Assembly: GCA_963714875.1 (NCBI GenBank) | Contig: CAVQQI010000010.1 | Span: 320,402-384,401 of the forward strand | DNA from: an uncultured Microthrixaceae bacterium | GTDB taxonomy: Bacteria > Actinomycetota > Acidimicrobiia > Acidimicrobiales > Microtrichaceae | DNA length: 64,000 nt | Direction: 5' to 3' | Part shown: piece by piece, positions 1 to 11,086 of the stretch | Layout: the number at the start of each line of letters is the position of its first letter | How positions within the stretch are numbered: the first letter of the stretch is position 1 | Notes under the pieces: generated by a model | The model's input: the letters and a program-made list of their open reading frames with translations, nothing else | Told to the model about the DNA's origin: nothing | The model's database searches: none | Program-made: the position numbers and the translations under genes

Positions 1-75
1 CACCGCATCGCGTTCGCCGCGATGGAGTCGGCCCGCACCGGTGCCGTGGTGGACCTGGCGCCGCTCGACCTGTAG
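1..75 (+). CDS. 3' end of an upstream gene (partial, ...AFAAMESARTGAVVDLAPLDL*)
   Basis: In-frame codons with high GC3 ending at a TAG at 73-75. No start lies within the window. Confidence 0.3.
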   Translation, partial: HRIAFAAMESARTGAVVDLAPLDL

Positions 76-117
76 CGCCGTCCGAGGCCCTGTGTGCACC
101 TTCCTGCGCGCAAATGC

Positions 118-130
118 GACGGATTCCGTC
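118..130. promoter_or_regulatory. 13-bp palindrome GACGGA-T-TCCGTC within a 20-nt motif (115-134) that recurs at 20258-20277; candidate operator
   Basis: Perfect 6-bp inverted repeat read directly in the sequence, with an identical 20-nt copy 20 kb away. Lies ~70 bp upstream of the GTG start proposed for the PPOX-like gene. Confidence 0.35.
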
Positions 131-198
131 ACCTGTGCGCGCAGCCTGGCCGTCTCGGCGCGCCCGGAGCGCTGTGCAGCATCGGTACCCTCGGCGCC

Positions 199-627
199 GT
201 GAGCGTGGAACGTCTCCTCGAGTCCCGCAACCTCTGGTTCGCGACGACACGTCCCGATGGGCGCCCACACCTGGCGCCGGTGTGGTTCGTCTACGTCGAT
301 GACCGGATCTGGATCGGCACCGGGCTGGGGTCGGTCCGTGTGCGCAACCTCCGCAGCAACCGGGCGGCGTCGGCGTGTCTCGAGGACGGCGACGCGCCGG
401 TCGCCGCAGAGGGGACGGTGCTGATCCACGAACTGGAACGCCCGGCGCCGGTCGTGGCGGCGTTCGGGGCCAAGTACCAGTGGGACATCACGGTCGACGT
501 CGATGCCGACGTGGGTGAGGTCGTCGTGTTGGAGCTGCGACCGCACCGATGGCTGTACGGGTCGGATCTCCCCACCGTGCCCTCGGACCCGCCACCGGCC
601 GGGGGCGCGAACGCCGCTCGCTGGTGA
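199..627 (+). CDS. pyridoxamine 5'-phosphate oxidase (PPOX)-family / F420-dependent-like split-barrel protein
   Basis: ORF 94..627. The motif RNLWFATTRPDGRPHLAPVWFVYVDDRIWIGT is typical of the PPOX/PNPOx-like fold. The first 35 codons from ATG 94 are Arg/Cys-rich and noncoding-like, so the GTG at 199 is preferred, giving 143 aa. Confidence 0.65.
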   Translation: MSVERLLESRNLWFATTRPDGRPHLAPVWFVYVDDRIWIGTGLGSVRVRNLRSNRAASACLEDGDAPVAAEGTVLIHELERPAPVVAAFGAKYQWDITVDVDADVGEVVVLELRPHRWLYGSDLPTVPSDPPPAGGANAARW

Positions 628-703
628 CACGACGGCGGGCCCGCGATCGCCGCCGAACGCCCGGACTCGGTACGATCCGTCGGCGACGCACGGGGGTAGG
701 GCG

Positions 704-2890
704 ATGGGGTCGACACGGCGAGAGTTCCTGAGGGCATCTGCGGTGGCGGCCGCGGCAGTGGCGGTGAGCGCGGCCTGTGTCGCGCCGCCGGGAGTGGATC
801 ACGTGCCCACCTGTGCGGCGCCACCGACGGGTCCGCCCGGACCGATGCCGTTGCCCGGCGCCACCGGGCTCATCGATGAGGCCGCCTTCCAGGCACGGGC
901 CGCGGACTACCTGCGCTTCGCCACGGCCGAGCTGCGCCCGAACGACGTCACGAACGTCGTCGCCCACCTGATCCGCCAGCAGCGGGAACCGGGCTTCGCG
1001 TGGGACCCGTCCATGGTCTCCGAGACGTCGCTCGCATCGGTGTTCACCATGCTGGACAACTGGAAGGACACCGGCGACTTCCAGTTGATGTACCTGCTGT
1101 GGGTCCTGCGGCTCGGCCCGGGCGTGCTCGACCCGACGCTGCTGACGGCGATCGAACAGCGCTTCGCCGAGTTCCGCTACCGCTACGACGACCCCTTGCC
1201 CGCGGACCGGTTGGACCACAAGTGGTTCTGGTCCGAGAACCACCGGCTCATCCTGGCCGTCGATGAGTACCTGGGCGGTCTGGCGCTGCCCGAGGTCACG
1301 TTCACCGTCACCGGACTGACCGGGGCACAGCACGCCGAGCGTGCCCGCCCCGCCATCCTCGAGTGGATCGACGAGCGCGCCCGGTTCGGCTTCAGCGAGT
1401 GGCACTCCAACGTCTACATGCTCAAGAACATCACTCCGCTGCTCACGCTCATCGAGTTGTGCGACGACGACGAACTGATCCGGCGGGCCTCGGGTGCGCT
1501 CGACCTGTGCCTGGCCGATGTGGCGATGCACTGCCAGCAGGGTGCCTACGGCGCCACGCGCGGCAGGACCTACAAGAAGGACAAGATGACCTCGCTCGAC
1601 GAGGCCACGTTCGGCTCGGCGAAGCTGCTCTTCGCGGACACCGACCGGGGCTGGCGGTCGACCAGCGACACCGGCGCCACGTACTTCTGCGGGGCCCAGC
1701 GCTACCGCATGCCCGAGGTCATCGGCGAGATCGCGCGCAGCGAGGAGGTGTCGACGAGCCGGGAGCGTCACGGCGTGCCGCTCGACCCCCACGAGCCGTT
1801 GTCACCCGACCCGCAGGCGGCGTTCGGCTACGACTACGACGACCCGGCGAACCTTGCCTTCTGGTGGTCACACGGTGCGTTGACCTCATGGCAGCTGGTG
1901 CCGATGACGTTGGCGACCGCGGAGCGCTGGCGACTGTGGGACACGGATCTGTTCCGTGAGTTCGGGGCCATCCGCAGCCTTGCGGCTGCGGGTCCGGCCG
2001 CCGCGCAGCTGGCTGCGCACGAGCTGGCGTCGATGGCGGCGTTCGGGGTGCTGGCCGAGGCCAACACCTACACCTGGCGCAGCCCCGAGGTCATGCTGTC
2101 CTCGGTGGTCGACCACCGCTTCGGCGACAAGCGGGACCAGGCGCATGCCTGGCAGGCCACGATCGATCCCGAGGCGCTGGTGTTCACCACGCACCCGTCG
2201 CAGCCCACGGAGCAGTCGACGAACTGGGGTGACGACGAGGGGTACTGGACCGGCTCTGCGTCGATGCCGCGTACCGCGCAGCACCACAACGTCGCCATCC
2301 ACGTCTACTCACCCGACTACCTGCCGGCGACCGATCCGCTGCTGGGCCCCGTGTTCGGCTACCTGCGCGAGACCCACGCCTACTTCCCCCAGGACCACTT
2401 CGACCAGGTGGTCCAGGCCAACGGATGGACCATCGGGCGGCGCGGCGACGGGTACATCGCCCTGTGGTCGATGCGCCCCACCGTGTGGCGCAGCTACGAC
2501 CCGTCGGTGGTGGCCACGAACGGACTCGAGCAGCCCTTCGATCTGGTCGCCGAGGGCAGCGCACGCAACGTCTGGGTGGTCGAGGTCGGCCGCCGAGCCG
2601 ATGCCGGCGGGTTCGATTCGTTCGTCGACAGCATCACCTCGGCCGCGATCGAGGCAGAGGTCGCCGGCCGACAGCATCGGGTCCGCTACGTCTCACCGTC
2701 CCAGGGCGAGCTGGTCCTGTCGCACCGCGGCGGGTTCAGCGTCGACGGTGCCGCGCAGCAGCTGGGCGACCACCCCCGGCTCGACAGCCCCTGGGGTCAG
2801 GTGTGCCGCCAGGGCCGGTTCCTGGCGCTGGACCGAGGTGACCGCTCGCTCGTCATCGACTTCGACACCGGAGCCCGCGAGATCACCTGA
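704..2890 (+). CDS. Tat-exported protein of unknown function (~728 aa); possibly a polysaccharide-active alpha/alpha-toroid enzyme
   Basis: Twin-arginine signal STRREFLRASAVAAAAVAVSAAC. Long ORF with good GC3 bias. The ATG at 704 is used rather than ORF start 503 because the upstream part is Arg/Pro-rich. Confidence 0.7.
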   Translation: MGSTRREFLRASAVAAAAVAVSAACVAPPGVDHVPTCAAPPTGPPGPMPLPGATGLIDEAAFQARAADYLRFATAELRPNDVTNVVAHLIRQQREPGFAWDPSMVSETSLASVFTMLDNWKDTGDFQLMYLLWVLRLGPGVLDPTLLTAIEQRFAEFRYRYDDPLPADRLDHKWFWSENHRLILAVDEYLGGLALPEVTFTVTGLTGAQHAERARPAILEWIDERARFGFSEWHSNVYMLKNITPLLTLIELCDDDELIRRASGALDLCLADVAMHCQQGAYGATRGRTYKKDKMTSLDEATFGSAKLLFADTDRGWRSTSDTGATYFCGAQRYRMPEVIGEIARSEEVSTSRERHGVPLDPHEPLSPDPQAAFGYDYDDPANLAFWWSHGALTSWQLVPMTLATAERWRLWDTDLFREFGAIRSLAAAGPAAAQLAAHELASMAAFGVLAEANTYTWRSPEVMLSSVVDHRFGDKRDQAHAWQATIDPEALVFTTHPSQPTEQSTNWGDDEGYWTGSASMPRTAQHHNVAIHVYSPDYLPATDPLLGPVFGYLRETHAYFPQDHFDQVVQANGWTIGRRGDGYIALWSMRPTVWRSYDPSVVATNGLEQPFDLVAEGSARNVWVVEVGRRADAGGFDSFVDSITSAAIEAEVAGRQHRVRYVSPSQGELVLSHRGGFSVDGAAQQLGDHPRLDSPWGQVCRQGRFLALDRGDRSLVIDFDTGAREIT

Positions 2891-2949
2891 GCCGGGTATG
2901 CGTCTCGGGGACGCTGCCGCGGAGCATCCCCGAGGACAGCTCTCGTGTA

Positions 2950-5370
2950 TCAGGTGGTCTCGCGGCGGCGGCGGAATCCGGTGAGCAGGAACCCGCCCAC
3001 CAGGAACGCTCCGGCAGCAGCCAGCAGCCCCAGGATCGTCAGACCGGTGTAGGCCAACGTCTCGGGCAGCGAACGCGCGGTGCCGGCGGCTCCGCTTCCC
3101 GCCGGTGTGGCGCTGCCCTGGGTGCGATCCGCCACCTCGATGATCTGGCCGCTGGCGCTGCCCGAGTTGTCGTCGGGGTCCGTCTCGTCGGTCGACGTGG
3201 TCGCGCTGGCGGTGTTCACCACGGACGACCCGCCGCCTTCGGTGACGGTGCCCGAGATGACCAGCTCTGCGGTGGCACCCGCCGGCAGCGGCGTCGACCG
3301 CTGACAGGTGACCCGACGAGCCACGACGGTGCAGTCGAACGACGTGCCGCTCGCGGTGACGTCGTCGAACACCGCCGGCAGCTCATCGGTGACGGTCACG
3401 TCGCTGGCAGCGGACGGGCCGTCGTTGCGCACCTCGATGCGCCACAGGCCCTCCTGGCCGACCGTGAGCTGGCCCAGCAGCGTCTTGGTGACGCTGATGT
3501 TGGCGAGCGGCACCACCGTGACGGTGTCCTCGTCGCGGTCGTTGCTCGGATCCGCGTCCGCAACGGGGGTCGACACCTCGGCGACGTTCGTCGCGTCGGG
3601 TTCGGCCGCGGGCGTCACGTCGACCTGGACCGCCAGTGCCGGAAGAGCATCACCGACCGCGAGCGCGGCATCGGTGCTGCAGGCGATGATCCGTTGATCG
3701 GTATCGGTCGAACAGGTCCACCCGTCACCCTCGGCGGAACGGAACTCGAGTCCGTCGGGCAGCGTGTCACTCACCGTGATCGGTCCCTCGGGCAGGTCGT
3801 TCGGACCGTTGTTGGTGACCGCCAGCGTGAACGACCCCGGTGCGGAGACCGAGAAGTCGCCCTCGTGGAACTTGTCGATCGCCAGGTCGACCAGTGGGTC
3901 GATGCGGACCCGGTCGTCGTCGGAGTTGTTCCCGGGGTCGTCGTCGAAGGTCGGTCCGCCCACCTGGGCGGTGTTGGCCAGAGTCGGGTCCTCGGCCCCG
4001 CGGTATGCGCCGGGGGCGACGTCGACGGTGACGGTGATCTCTGACGACTCGTCGACGCCGAGCTCGCCCTCGTGGGTGCAGGTGACGTCGGTGCCGCCGT
4101 CGTCAGCGGCGCAGACCCAGCCGTTGCCGGAACCTTCCGCGAAGCTCAGCCCGTCGGGCAGGGAGTCGGTCACGGTGATGGGACCCGACGCCAGGTTCGG
4201 GCCGTCATTGGTCACCACGAACGTGTACTCGCCGGCGGCACCGACCTGGAAGGCGTCGCCCTCGTGGTCCTTGCTGATGCGTAGATCCGCGACTGGCCGC
4301 ACCGGCACCGTATCGGCGTCGGCGCGGTCGACGTCGTCGGTGATACCCGCCGCGCTGGCCGAGTTGGTGACGGTGTTGGTCGCCATTTCCGGGTCGGGCT
4401 GTGGCGTCGGCGCAGCGGCCGGCAGGACCCGCACCGACAGCTCGATGGGGGAGAGCTCGGCGCCGGCGGCGAGCAGCACCGCGTTCTCGTCCAGCCCGGA
4501 CCGGTCGTGCACGCAGCGCACCGTCCCGTTGGGCCCGTTGCCGCCGCCGGTGCGCAGCTCGCACTCCCAGCCGCGGCCGTCGGCATCGCGGTACTCGAGG
4601 CCCTCGGGCAGGACGTCGGTCACGACCACACGGCCGTACTCGCCGGATGGCCCGTCGTTGCCGACCAGCAGACGGAACTGCTGGTCGCTGCCCACGGTCC
4701 ACGGCGCGCTGTCGGCGACGTGGGACTTGTCCAGCCGCAGCTGAGCGACTGGAACGACCGGGGTGTCCTCGGTGTCGCTGCGCTCGCGGTCATCCACGAC
4801 GCCGCGAACGGTCGCGGTGTTGGACACCAGGTTCGCCGCCCCGGGGCGGGGGTCGATCACCGCTGCGGGGTCGACGGCCACCTGCACGGTGACCATGCCG
4901 AGGGACTCCCCGACACCCACGGGGTCAGGGTCGGCATCTGCTCCGATCCACGTGCAGTCGAAACGGCCGCGGTCCCCGTCGCCGAAGCCGGTCCCGGCGG
5001 TCACGTCGCAGTCCCAACCCGGCGCATCGACCGAGACCAGGCGCAGGTGCGCGGCGATCCCGTCGGACAGCTCCACCGGGCCGGTCTCCACCGAGGGTCC
5101 GGTGTTGGACACCACCACGTAGTAGCGGGCGTCGTCCTGTCCGGCGCGGAAGGTGGCGTCGCCGTCCGACTTCGAGATGGTCAACCTGGCGACGGGATCC
5201 GCCGACGAGGACTTGTCGCTCGAGTCGTTGGCCGGATTCGGGTCGTTGGGATGGGTCACCTTCGCCACGTTGGTGACGGTCGCCCGGCCCGGTGTGGCGG
5301 GATCGATCGCCGCGGTGACGACGATGGCCGGGTACGTGCTCTGTGCAGGGCTGTCGGCCGCGGTGCGCAC
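2950..5370 (-). CDS. C-terminal part of a DUF11-repeat (conserved repeat domain) cell-surface protein with LAXTG sortase signal
   Basis: Repeated TVTNxGP...GPITVTDxLPxGL modules. C-terminus reads LPETLAYTG, then a hydrophobic helix, then RRRRETT (class-E sortase LAXTG-type anchor). It has no signal peptide and opens mid-repeat, so it continues ORF 5256..11312 in another frame. Confidence 0.85.
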   Translation of the reverse strand: MRTAADSPAQSTYPAIVVTAAIDPATPGRATVTNVAKVTHPNDPNPANDSSDKSSSADPVARLTISKSDGDATFRAGQDDARYYVVVSNTGPSVETGPVELSDGIAAHLRLVSVDAPGWDCDVTAGTGFGDGDRGRFDCTWIGADADPDPVGVGESLGMVTVQVAVDPAAVIDPRPGAANLVSNTATVRGVVDDRERSDTEDTPVVPVAQLRLDKSHVADSAPWTVGSDQQFRLLVGNDGPSGEYGRVVVTDVLPEGLEYRDADGRGWECELRTGGGNGPNGTVRCVHDRSGLDENAVLLAAGAELSPIELSVRVLPAAAPTPQPDPEMATNTVTNSASAAGITDDVDRADADTVPVRPVADLRISKDHEGDAFQVGAAGEYTFVVTNDGPNLASGPITVTDSLPDGLSFAEGSGNGWVCAADDGGTDVTCTHEGELGVDESSEITVTVDVAPGAYRGAEDPTLANTAQVGGPTFDDDPGNNSDDDRVRIDPLVDLAIDKFHEGDFSVSAPGSFTLAVTNNGPNDLPEGPITVSDTLPDGLEFRSAEGDGWTCSTDTDQRIIACSTDAALAVGDALPALAVQVDVTPAAEPDATNVAEVSTPVADADPSNDRDEDTVTVVPLANISVTKTLLGQLTVGQEGLWRIEVRNDGPSAASDVTVTDELPAVFDDVTASGTSFDCTVVARRVTCQRSTPLPAGATAELVISGTVTEGGGSSVVNTASATTSTDETDPDDNSGSASGQIIEVADRTQGSATPAGSGAAGTARSLPETLAYTGLTILGLLAAAGAFLVGGFLLTGFRRRRETT

Positions 5371-8300
5371 GCAGCTGACCCGACCGCTGCCAGAGGTGCG
5401 ACGGCACGCAGGCCGGCTGGGACCGAGTCGGTCACGACGATCGGCCCGGTGGCCGGGTCGGGGCCGGCGTTGCTGAGGTCCAGGTAGTAGTAGCCGGGCT
5501 GGCCGACGGTGAAGCCGGCGCTGTCGGGGGACCCGTCGTCGTCGGCCGAGGCGTCGGTCTTCAGGATCCGAAGATCGGCGCTGCGCAGCGTCGCAGCTGC
5601 GTCGTCACGGTCGCCGGCGAGGGCGGTGCCGCCGGCGTCGCCGCCGTCGACCCGGGCGTCGTTGACCTGGAGCACCTTGTCGCCATCCTCGTCGAGCAGA
5701 CCCGGTACCTCGGTCGCTGCGGGCAGCGGGGTGGCGGTGAAGCGCACCGTCACCGTCGAGCCCGGTGCCAGGTCGCACAGGTCGGTCCAGATGATCCGCT
5801 GCTGTGCGCCGCCGTCGACAGCGGTGGTCGACACGGGCGGGGTCAGCTGTCGCGGTTCGGTGCGGCACGCCGCGCCGGGTGCCGCGCTGATAGCGACCGA
5901 ACCGGTGTCGAAGCTCCAGTTGGTCGGCAGCGTGTCGGTCACATCGATGCCGTAGGCGGTGCCCTTGCCGGTGTTCGCCACCTCGAGGGTCCAGGCGAAG
6001 GGGCTGCCGACATCGGCATCAGCGACCTCTGTCCCGGCCCCGGTGAGCTTCTGGATCGACAGCTTCGGCAGGTACGTCGTCACGGTCGCATCGGCCTCAG
6101 GGCCCTCGTACTCCTTGAAGTCGTCGCCGTCGTGGGTCGGATCTCCCCAGAAGGTGGGGATCGCCGCGGTGTTGACCAAGGTGCCGCCGTCGTTCAGGGT
6201 GTCGGCAGCAGCGGCGTCGACGCGCTGCGCATACGTCAGCGTGCAGCTCGCCCCGGCGGGCAGGCCGTCGGTGCCGGCGAACAACGCCGGCCAGGTCACC
6301 ACACGCTCGTCGCGGTCGACCGTCGCGGCGTCGGAACCGATGCAGGAGCCACCGATGGAGTCCGGCGCGGACAACCCGGCCGGGTAGCTGTCGGTGGTGG
6401 TGATGTCGTACGCGGGGTGTGTCCCCGAGTTGGTGATCGTGACCGTGTAGGCCAGCCGCTGGCCTGCTTCGACGACGCGGTCGTCGTCGTCCAGGTCCTT
6501 CGCGACGGCGAGCACCGGCTCGACGACGGTGAGCTTCGCGGTTGCAGTGCGGCTGGCATCGAAGCCCTTGCCGGAGAGCTCGTCGACGTCGTCGAAGCGG
6601 TCGACCAGGTTCCAGTGCAACGTGGCGGTGTTGGTGAGCACGTCGCCCGCGACGGCGGCGGAGCCGACGGTCGCGGTGTAGGTCAGTGCGATGGTGCAGT
6701 CCCCGCCAACGGCGCGGAGATCGCCGAGGAACCAGCCGACGCGCTGACCCGATGCGGCGATGGTGTGGGGCTCTGTGCGGTCCACCTCGCAGCTGGCGTC
6801 GAGCGGCGTCAGTTCGCCGTAGCCGCCGAAGCGCAGGTTGGCGGGCAGGATGTCGATCACCGTCGCGTCGGGCACGGTGACGCCCTCGGGCACGGTGACG
6901 CGGATCGAGTAGCTCGCCTGGGTGCCGGGCAGGCGGGTGCCGGGGTCGACCGATTTGGTGATGGCCGGGGGTGCCACCTTGACGGTGTCCTTGGTGGATG
7001 CCGAGTAGCTGGTGCGCTCCCCCTTCACGTCGCCCGTGATGGACGAGCCCGTGACGGTGGCGGTGTTGATCAGCTCCGCCTCCGCGACCGCCGGGGCATC
7101 GACGCTGGCCGAGTAGGTGAGTGCGATGCGCTCGGAGGGCTGCAGGCCGATCCCGTCGGGCCGTGTCGCAGGATCTTCCAGGAGCTTCCGCAGATCCCAC
7201 CGCACGAGTGTGGCGTCGGTCGCGGAGGGGGACGTCCCCTCGCTGACGGTGGCGGTGCCGGCCAGCGCCCCGGTGGGTGTGACCCGCGAGAGGCCCGCGG
7301 GCACGCAATCGGTCACGACCACGTCGTGCAACGGCGGTCGCCCGGCGGTGTTCGCGACGGTCACGGTGTAGTCGACACGGTTGGTGCCGACGACGGTCGT
7401 GGTGGGCGTGTGGGACTTGGTGATCGACGGTTCGGGCTCGACCACCCTGGTGGTCGACCGCGACCTGCGGCTGCGGTCGGTCGACGTGGCGGTGTCACTG
7501 AAGCGCCAGGACAGCCGGGCGGTGTTGGTCAGGGCCGTTCCGTGACGGTTGGCCGACACGTCGGCGACGACGCCGACGTAGGTGATCGTGACGACCTGGT
7601 CCTCGCCCGAGGCGTTGTCGAAGGTGGCGGGCAGATCCAGGGTCCATCCCCGTCCGTCCTTGCGGTCCGACAAGGTGAAGCCCTTGGCGTCGACACCGCC
7701 CGGGAGCTCGAGTCGGGCGGACCCGGCGGCGTAGGAGAGGCCGGCAGGCAGCGTGTCCGCCACCGATCCCTTGTACAGCGTCGTGCCGGCAGCGATGGTG
7801 GCGCGCACCGTGTAGCGGACCTCCTCGCCGATGGTCGCCTGGCCGGTCGGGCCCGTGGTCGGCAGATTGTTGCTCGCCTCGACGATCGAGGTCACCCGGG
7901 TCTTCGCGACCTGGGCGTCGGGCAGTCGCACGAGTGCATCGTCGATCGCCGTGGGAGCGTTCGGGGCCACCGTCGGGTCGATGTTGGACTCGGGGAGGTA
8001 CTCGCCGGTCCCTGTCAGGTCCAGGTACGACCGCACTCCGGCGGTGTCGAGGTGCGACGACCCCGCCGCGGCGGTGTCGCGCATCCGTGCGGTGTAGCTC
8101 AGCTGCAGGTCGTAGCCGGCAGGAATCCGATCGACGATGACCGCCATGCGGGACGGATCGGTGGTGCAGTCGACCTTCAGCGCGGCGATCGGCGCGTCGG
8201 CGAGTGGGAGAGCTCCCGGTCGCAGCACCAGTGCCGAGGACACCTCGGGATAGCCGGCCTCGGGCTGCATGTCGGCGCAGCTGATCTCCGGCGGCAGGTC

Positions 8301-11086
8301 GTCCCAGATCTGCACGTCGAACGCGTCGGACGCCTGGACCTGCCCGTCGGCCCGCGTGATCCGCAGACCTGTGCGGAGGCGGTTCGCGGTCTGCGGCTCG
8401 GCGAAGTCGACCGTGCTGCTGGTGCGTCGCATCTCGTCCAGGTCGAGCAGCGGTCGGACGAGCGTGCGGGGGGTCTGGGTGGTGCGGGGACGCGTGAGCG
8501 CGACGTCATCGGACGGGTCGAACGGGTCGCGCCCGTTGTCGCGGAGCTGGACGCCGGTGTTGGCGACGTCCACCCGGTAGGTGACGAGGTCGCCCTGGAT
8601 AGCGGTGTGCGCATCGCGGCCCGCGGCGGGGTTCGTGCGCGGGTAGCCCTTCAGCGTGTCCTTGCCGCGTGTGATGTCCACCACGCCCTTGGTGAGCGAC
8701 AGCACCGGCTCGGCGACCTGGTACGGACTGAGCGCCCGGGGGCTCACCGTCGAGGCGCCTGCGGTATTGGCGATGGTGACCTTGAGCAGGTTCTGGTAGA
8801 GGTCGGCGTCGCTGTTGGCCCGGGGGTCGTTGGTGACGCGAGCACCCAGCACGACGTGGAAACGACCGCCCTCGGCGGGGGTGTAGCGGGGCTGGGTGCC
8901 GATCGGTGTGCCGTAGCTCCAGATGACGGCGTTGCCGTAGGACGGGACGACCTCGGGGGTGCCGAACTGGCCCGGCGTGTTGTCCGCGGCCTCGACCGCG
9001 CCGACGAAGGACGAGTTCGCAGGCAGGAAGTCGGTGATGACGACGTCGCGCATGCGGATGCCCGAGGGCAGGTCCACCGCCAGGTCGAAGCACACCAGGT
9101 CGCCGGGAGCGAAGCGGGGGCCGTCGGTGCCGGCGGCATCGTCGGGGTCGACCCATCCGGTGGCGCACTGTTCGCGGCCGATCTGCTGCGCCGCAGCGGC
9201 GGCGCCGCTCAGGGTCTGCTTCGCGACCGAGTACCAGCGCGAGCTCAGCGAGGCGCCCGAGACGTCGCCGACCTCGATCGGGGCGAGGCCGTCATCGCCG
9301 TTCACCAACGAGGTGGTGCCGGACAGGCTGGCCCGGTTCCGCAAGGTGTCGAACACCAGCACGGGCTGAGCGGTGGCGCGGTAGGTCTCGAGCGTCACGG
9401 AGTCGAAGCTCAGCTGCACGTCGCTGTTCACGCCGATGGTCGCGGGCAGCGTCCACTGCAGGGTCTGCACGCCGTCGGGTCCGTCGGAGATCTCCGGCTC
9501 GATCGGGGTGCGGGCGCCATCGACCGACACCGAGGAGGATGCGGGGCGGAACGCCAACCCGTCGGGCAGCTCGTCGGTCACGACGACCTTCGCCGCGTCG
9601 CGGTACTCGCCGGTCCGGATCGACAGGTTCCAAGCGGTCACGCCGCCGTACTCCACCCCGTTGCGACAACGGCCGGAGCCGTTGCCGTTGGCGACCGAGT
9701 TGCAGGCGGACTTCTGGATGGCCAGGTCCTCGATCACCACGGTCTCGGTGGCGCGGTCCCAGGTCTGATCGGGCGAGACGCCCGCGGGAACGCGACCGGT
9801 GTAGGCGCCCGCGGCCGAGACACCGTTGGTGGCGCTGCGCTCCGTGCCGCGCTCGGTCGTCGGGGCGCCGGTGTTGTTCGCCAGGTTCGCGACCTGTCCG
9901 CATGAGTCCGCACGGCGGCCACAGATCGGATCGGGCGCACTCGACACGGCCTCGACGGGAGCACCGGGCGCTGCGTCGGGAGTCGGAGCTTCGGCCGGTG
10001 TCTCGGGTTCGGCCGGGGTCTCGCGCGCTGTGGGCACCTCGGGCCAGAGCGCGTTCTCCCGCTCCGGGACCGCGGCGAGGTAGGTGATCTCTCGCGACGC
10101 ACCAGGGGCCAGGTCGCCGATCGTCCAACGCACGTGGGTGTACACGCTGCGGGGCAGTGGGCCTGCGCCGTCGGGATCGACGTCGACGGTCTCGACCCGA
10201 TCGGGGGCGATGCAGCCCTCCCCGGCATCCAACTGCCGCGCCTCGTCCAGGCGTGGAGCGCCGGGGTATTCCAGACCGCCGGGCGTGCTCGGGGTGTCCG
10301 GCGTGTTGTCGACGGTGCCGCAGCCCAGGAACTCCAGCTCTGCCGGCAACCAGTCCTCGACCGACACGGCGTTCGTCGGGGCCACCAGGTTGTTCTCGAC
10401 CCGCACCGTGTACACGGTGGGGCGGTGCGCGCCACGCAGCAGCTCGTTCTCGCTGCTGGGTTCGGATTTGGTCACGACCAACGGCACGATCGTGGTCGAC
10501 CCCGCAGCGGACGCCCGGTCCGTGTAGGAGTCCTTGCCGGGGACGGCGGTTCCGTCCAGGGCGAACTTGGTGATGAAACGGGGGTTGGTGTTGGCGAACG
10601 CCTCAGCGGTGCTGCCGACCTCGGCGCCGACGAACAGGGCCGAGTCGTCCTTGCCCGAGCTGTTGTGCGAGATGCGGTAGCCCACCGATGTCGACGAGCC
10701 GGGCTGGGCGTCGCTGATGTTGCTCCAGATCAGCGTGGTGGCGCCGGGGCCGGGTTGATCGGCGATGATGCGCGTCGGTGCGATGTCGGCCGAGCCGGCC
10801 ACATAGGTCGCTCCGGCGGGGACGACATCGCGGAAGCTCACGTTGAAGTAGCGCTGCAGCCCGGCATCGTCGGTCGACCAGGTGTTGTGCGCGGTCAGCT
10901 CGATCGAGGTCTCGTCGCCGTAGAGCGTGGATGCCGGCAAGGACTTGGTCAATGCCAGCGTGTCCTCGGGCAACGGCGCATCGGCCGACGCTGAGGCATA
11001 CGGCGGCAGCGCTGCTGCGCCAGTGGCGATCAGGGTCACCGCGGCGAGCAGGCGCAACGCAGGACTCGAGCGATGGTTGACCCGCA
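5256..11086 (-). CDS. N-terminal part of the giant DUF11-repeat surface adhesin (signal peptide plus >20 repeat modules)
   Basis: 2018-aa ORF. Signal peptide RLLAAVTLIATGAAALPPYASA follows a candidate GTG at 11086. Many DUF11-like repeats. Overlaps 2950..5370 at 5256-5370 in a different frame, which indicates a frameshift within one ~2,800-aa gene. Confidence 0.8.

Noticed and set aside
94-198. ATG at 94 as the start of the PPOX-like gene
   Set aside because: The first 35 codons are Cys/Arg-rich and contain the palindromic motif. The conserved domain begins after the GTG at 199.
488-1792. 434-aa minus-strand ORF, plus ORF 1956..2984 and others overlapping the Tat protein gene
   Set aside because: Arg/Pro-rich translations. 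Wrong strand or wrong frame relative to a gene with clear codon bias.
6132-9905. 1257-aa ORF on the + strand
   Set aside because: It lies entirely antisense to the DUF11 adhesin. It is Gly/Arg/Val-rich and has no domain features. It is a typical shadow ORF in 70% GC DNA.
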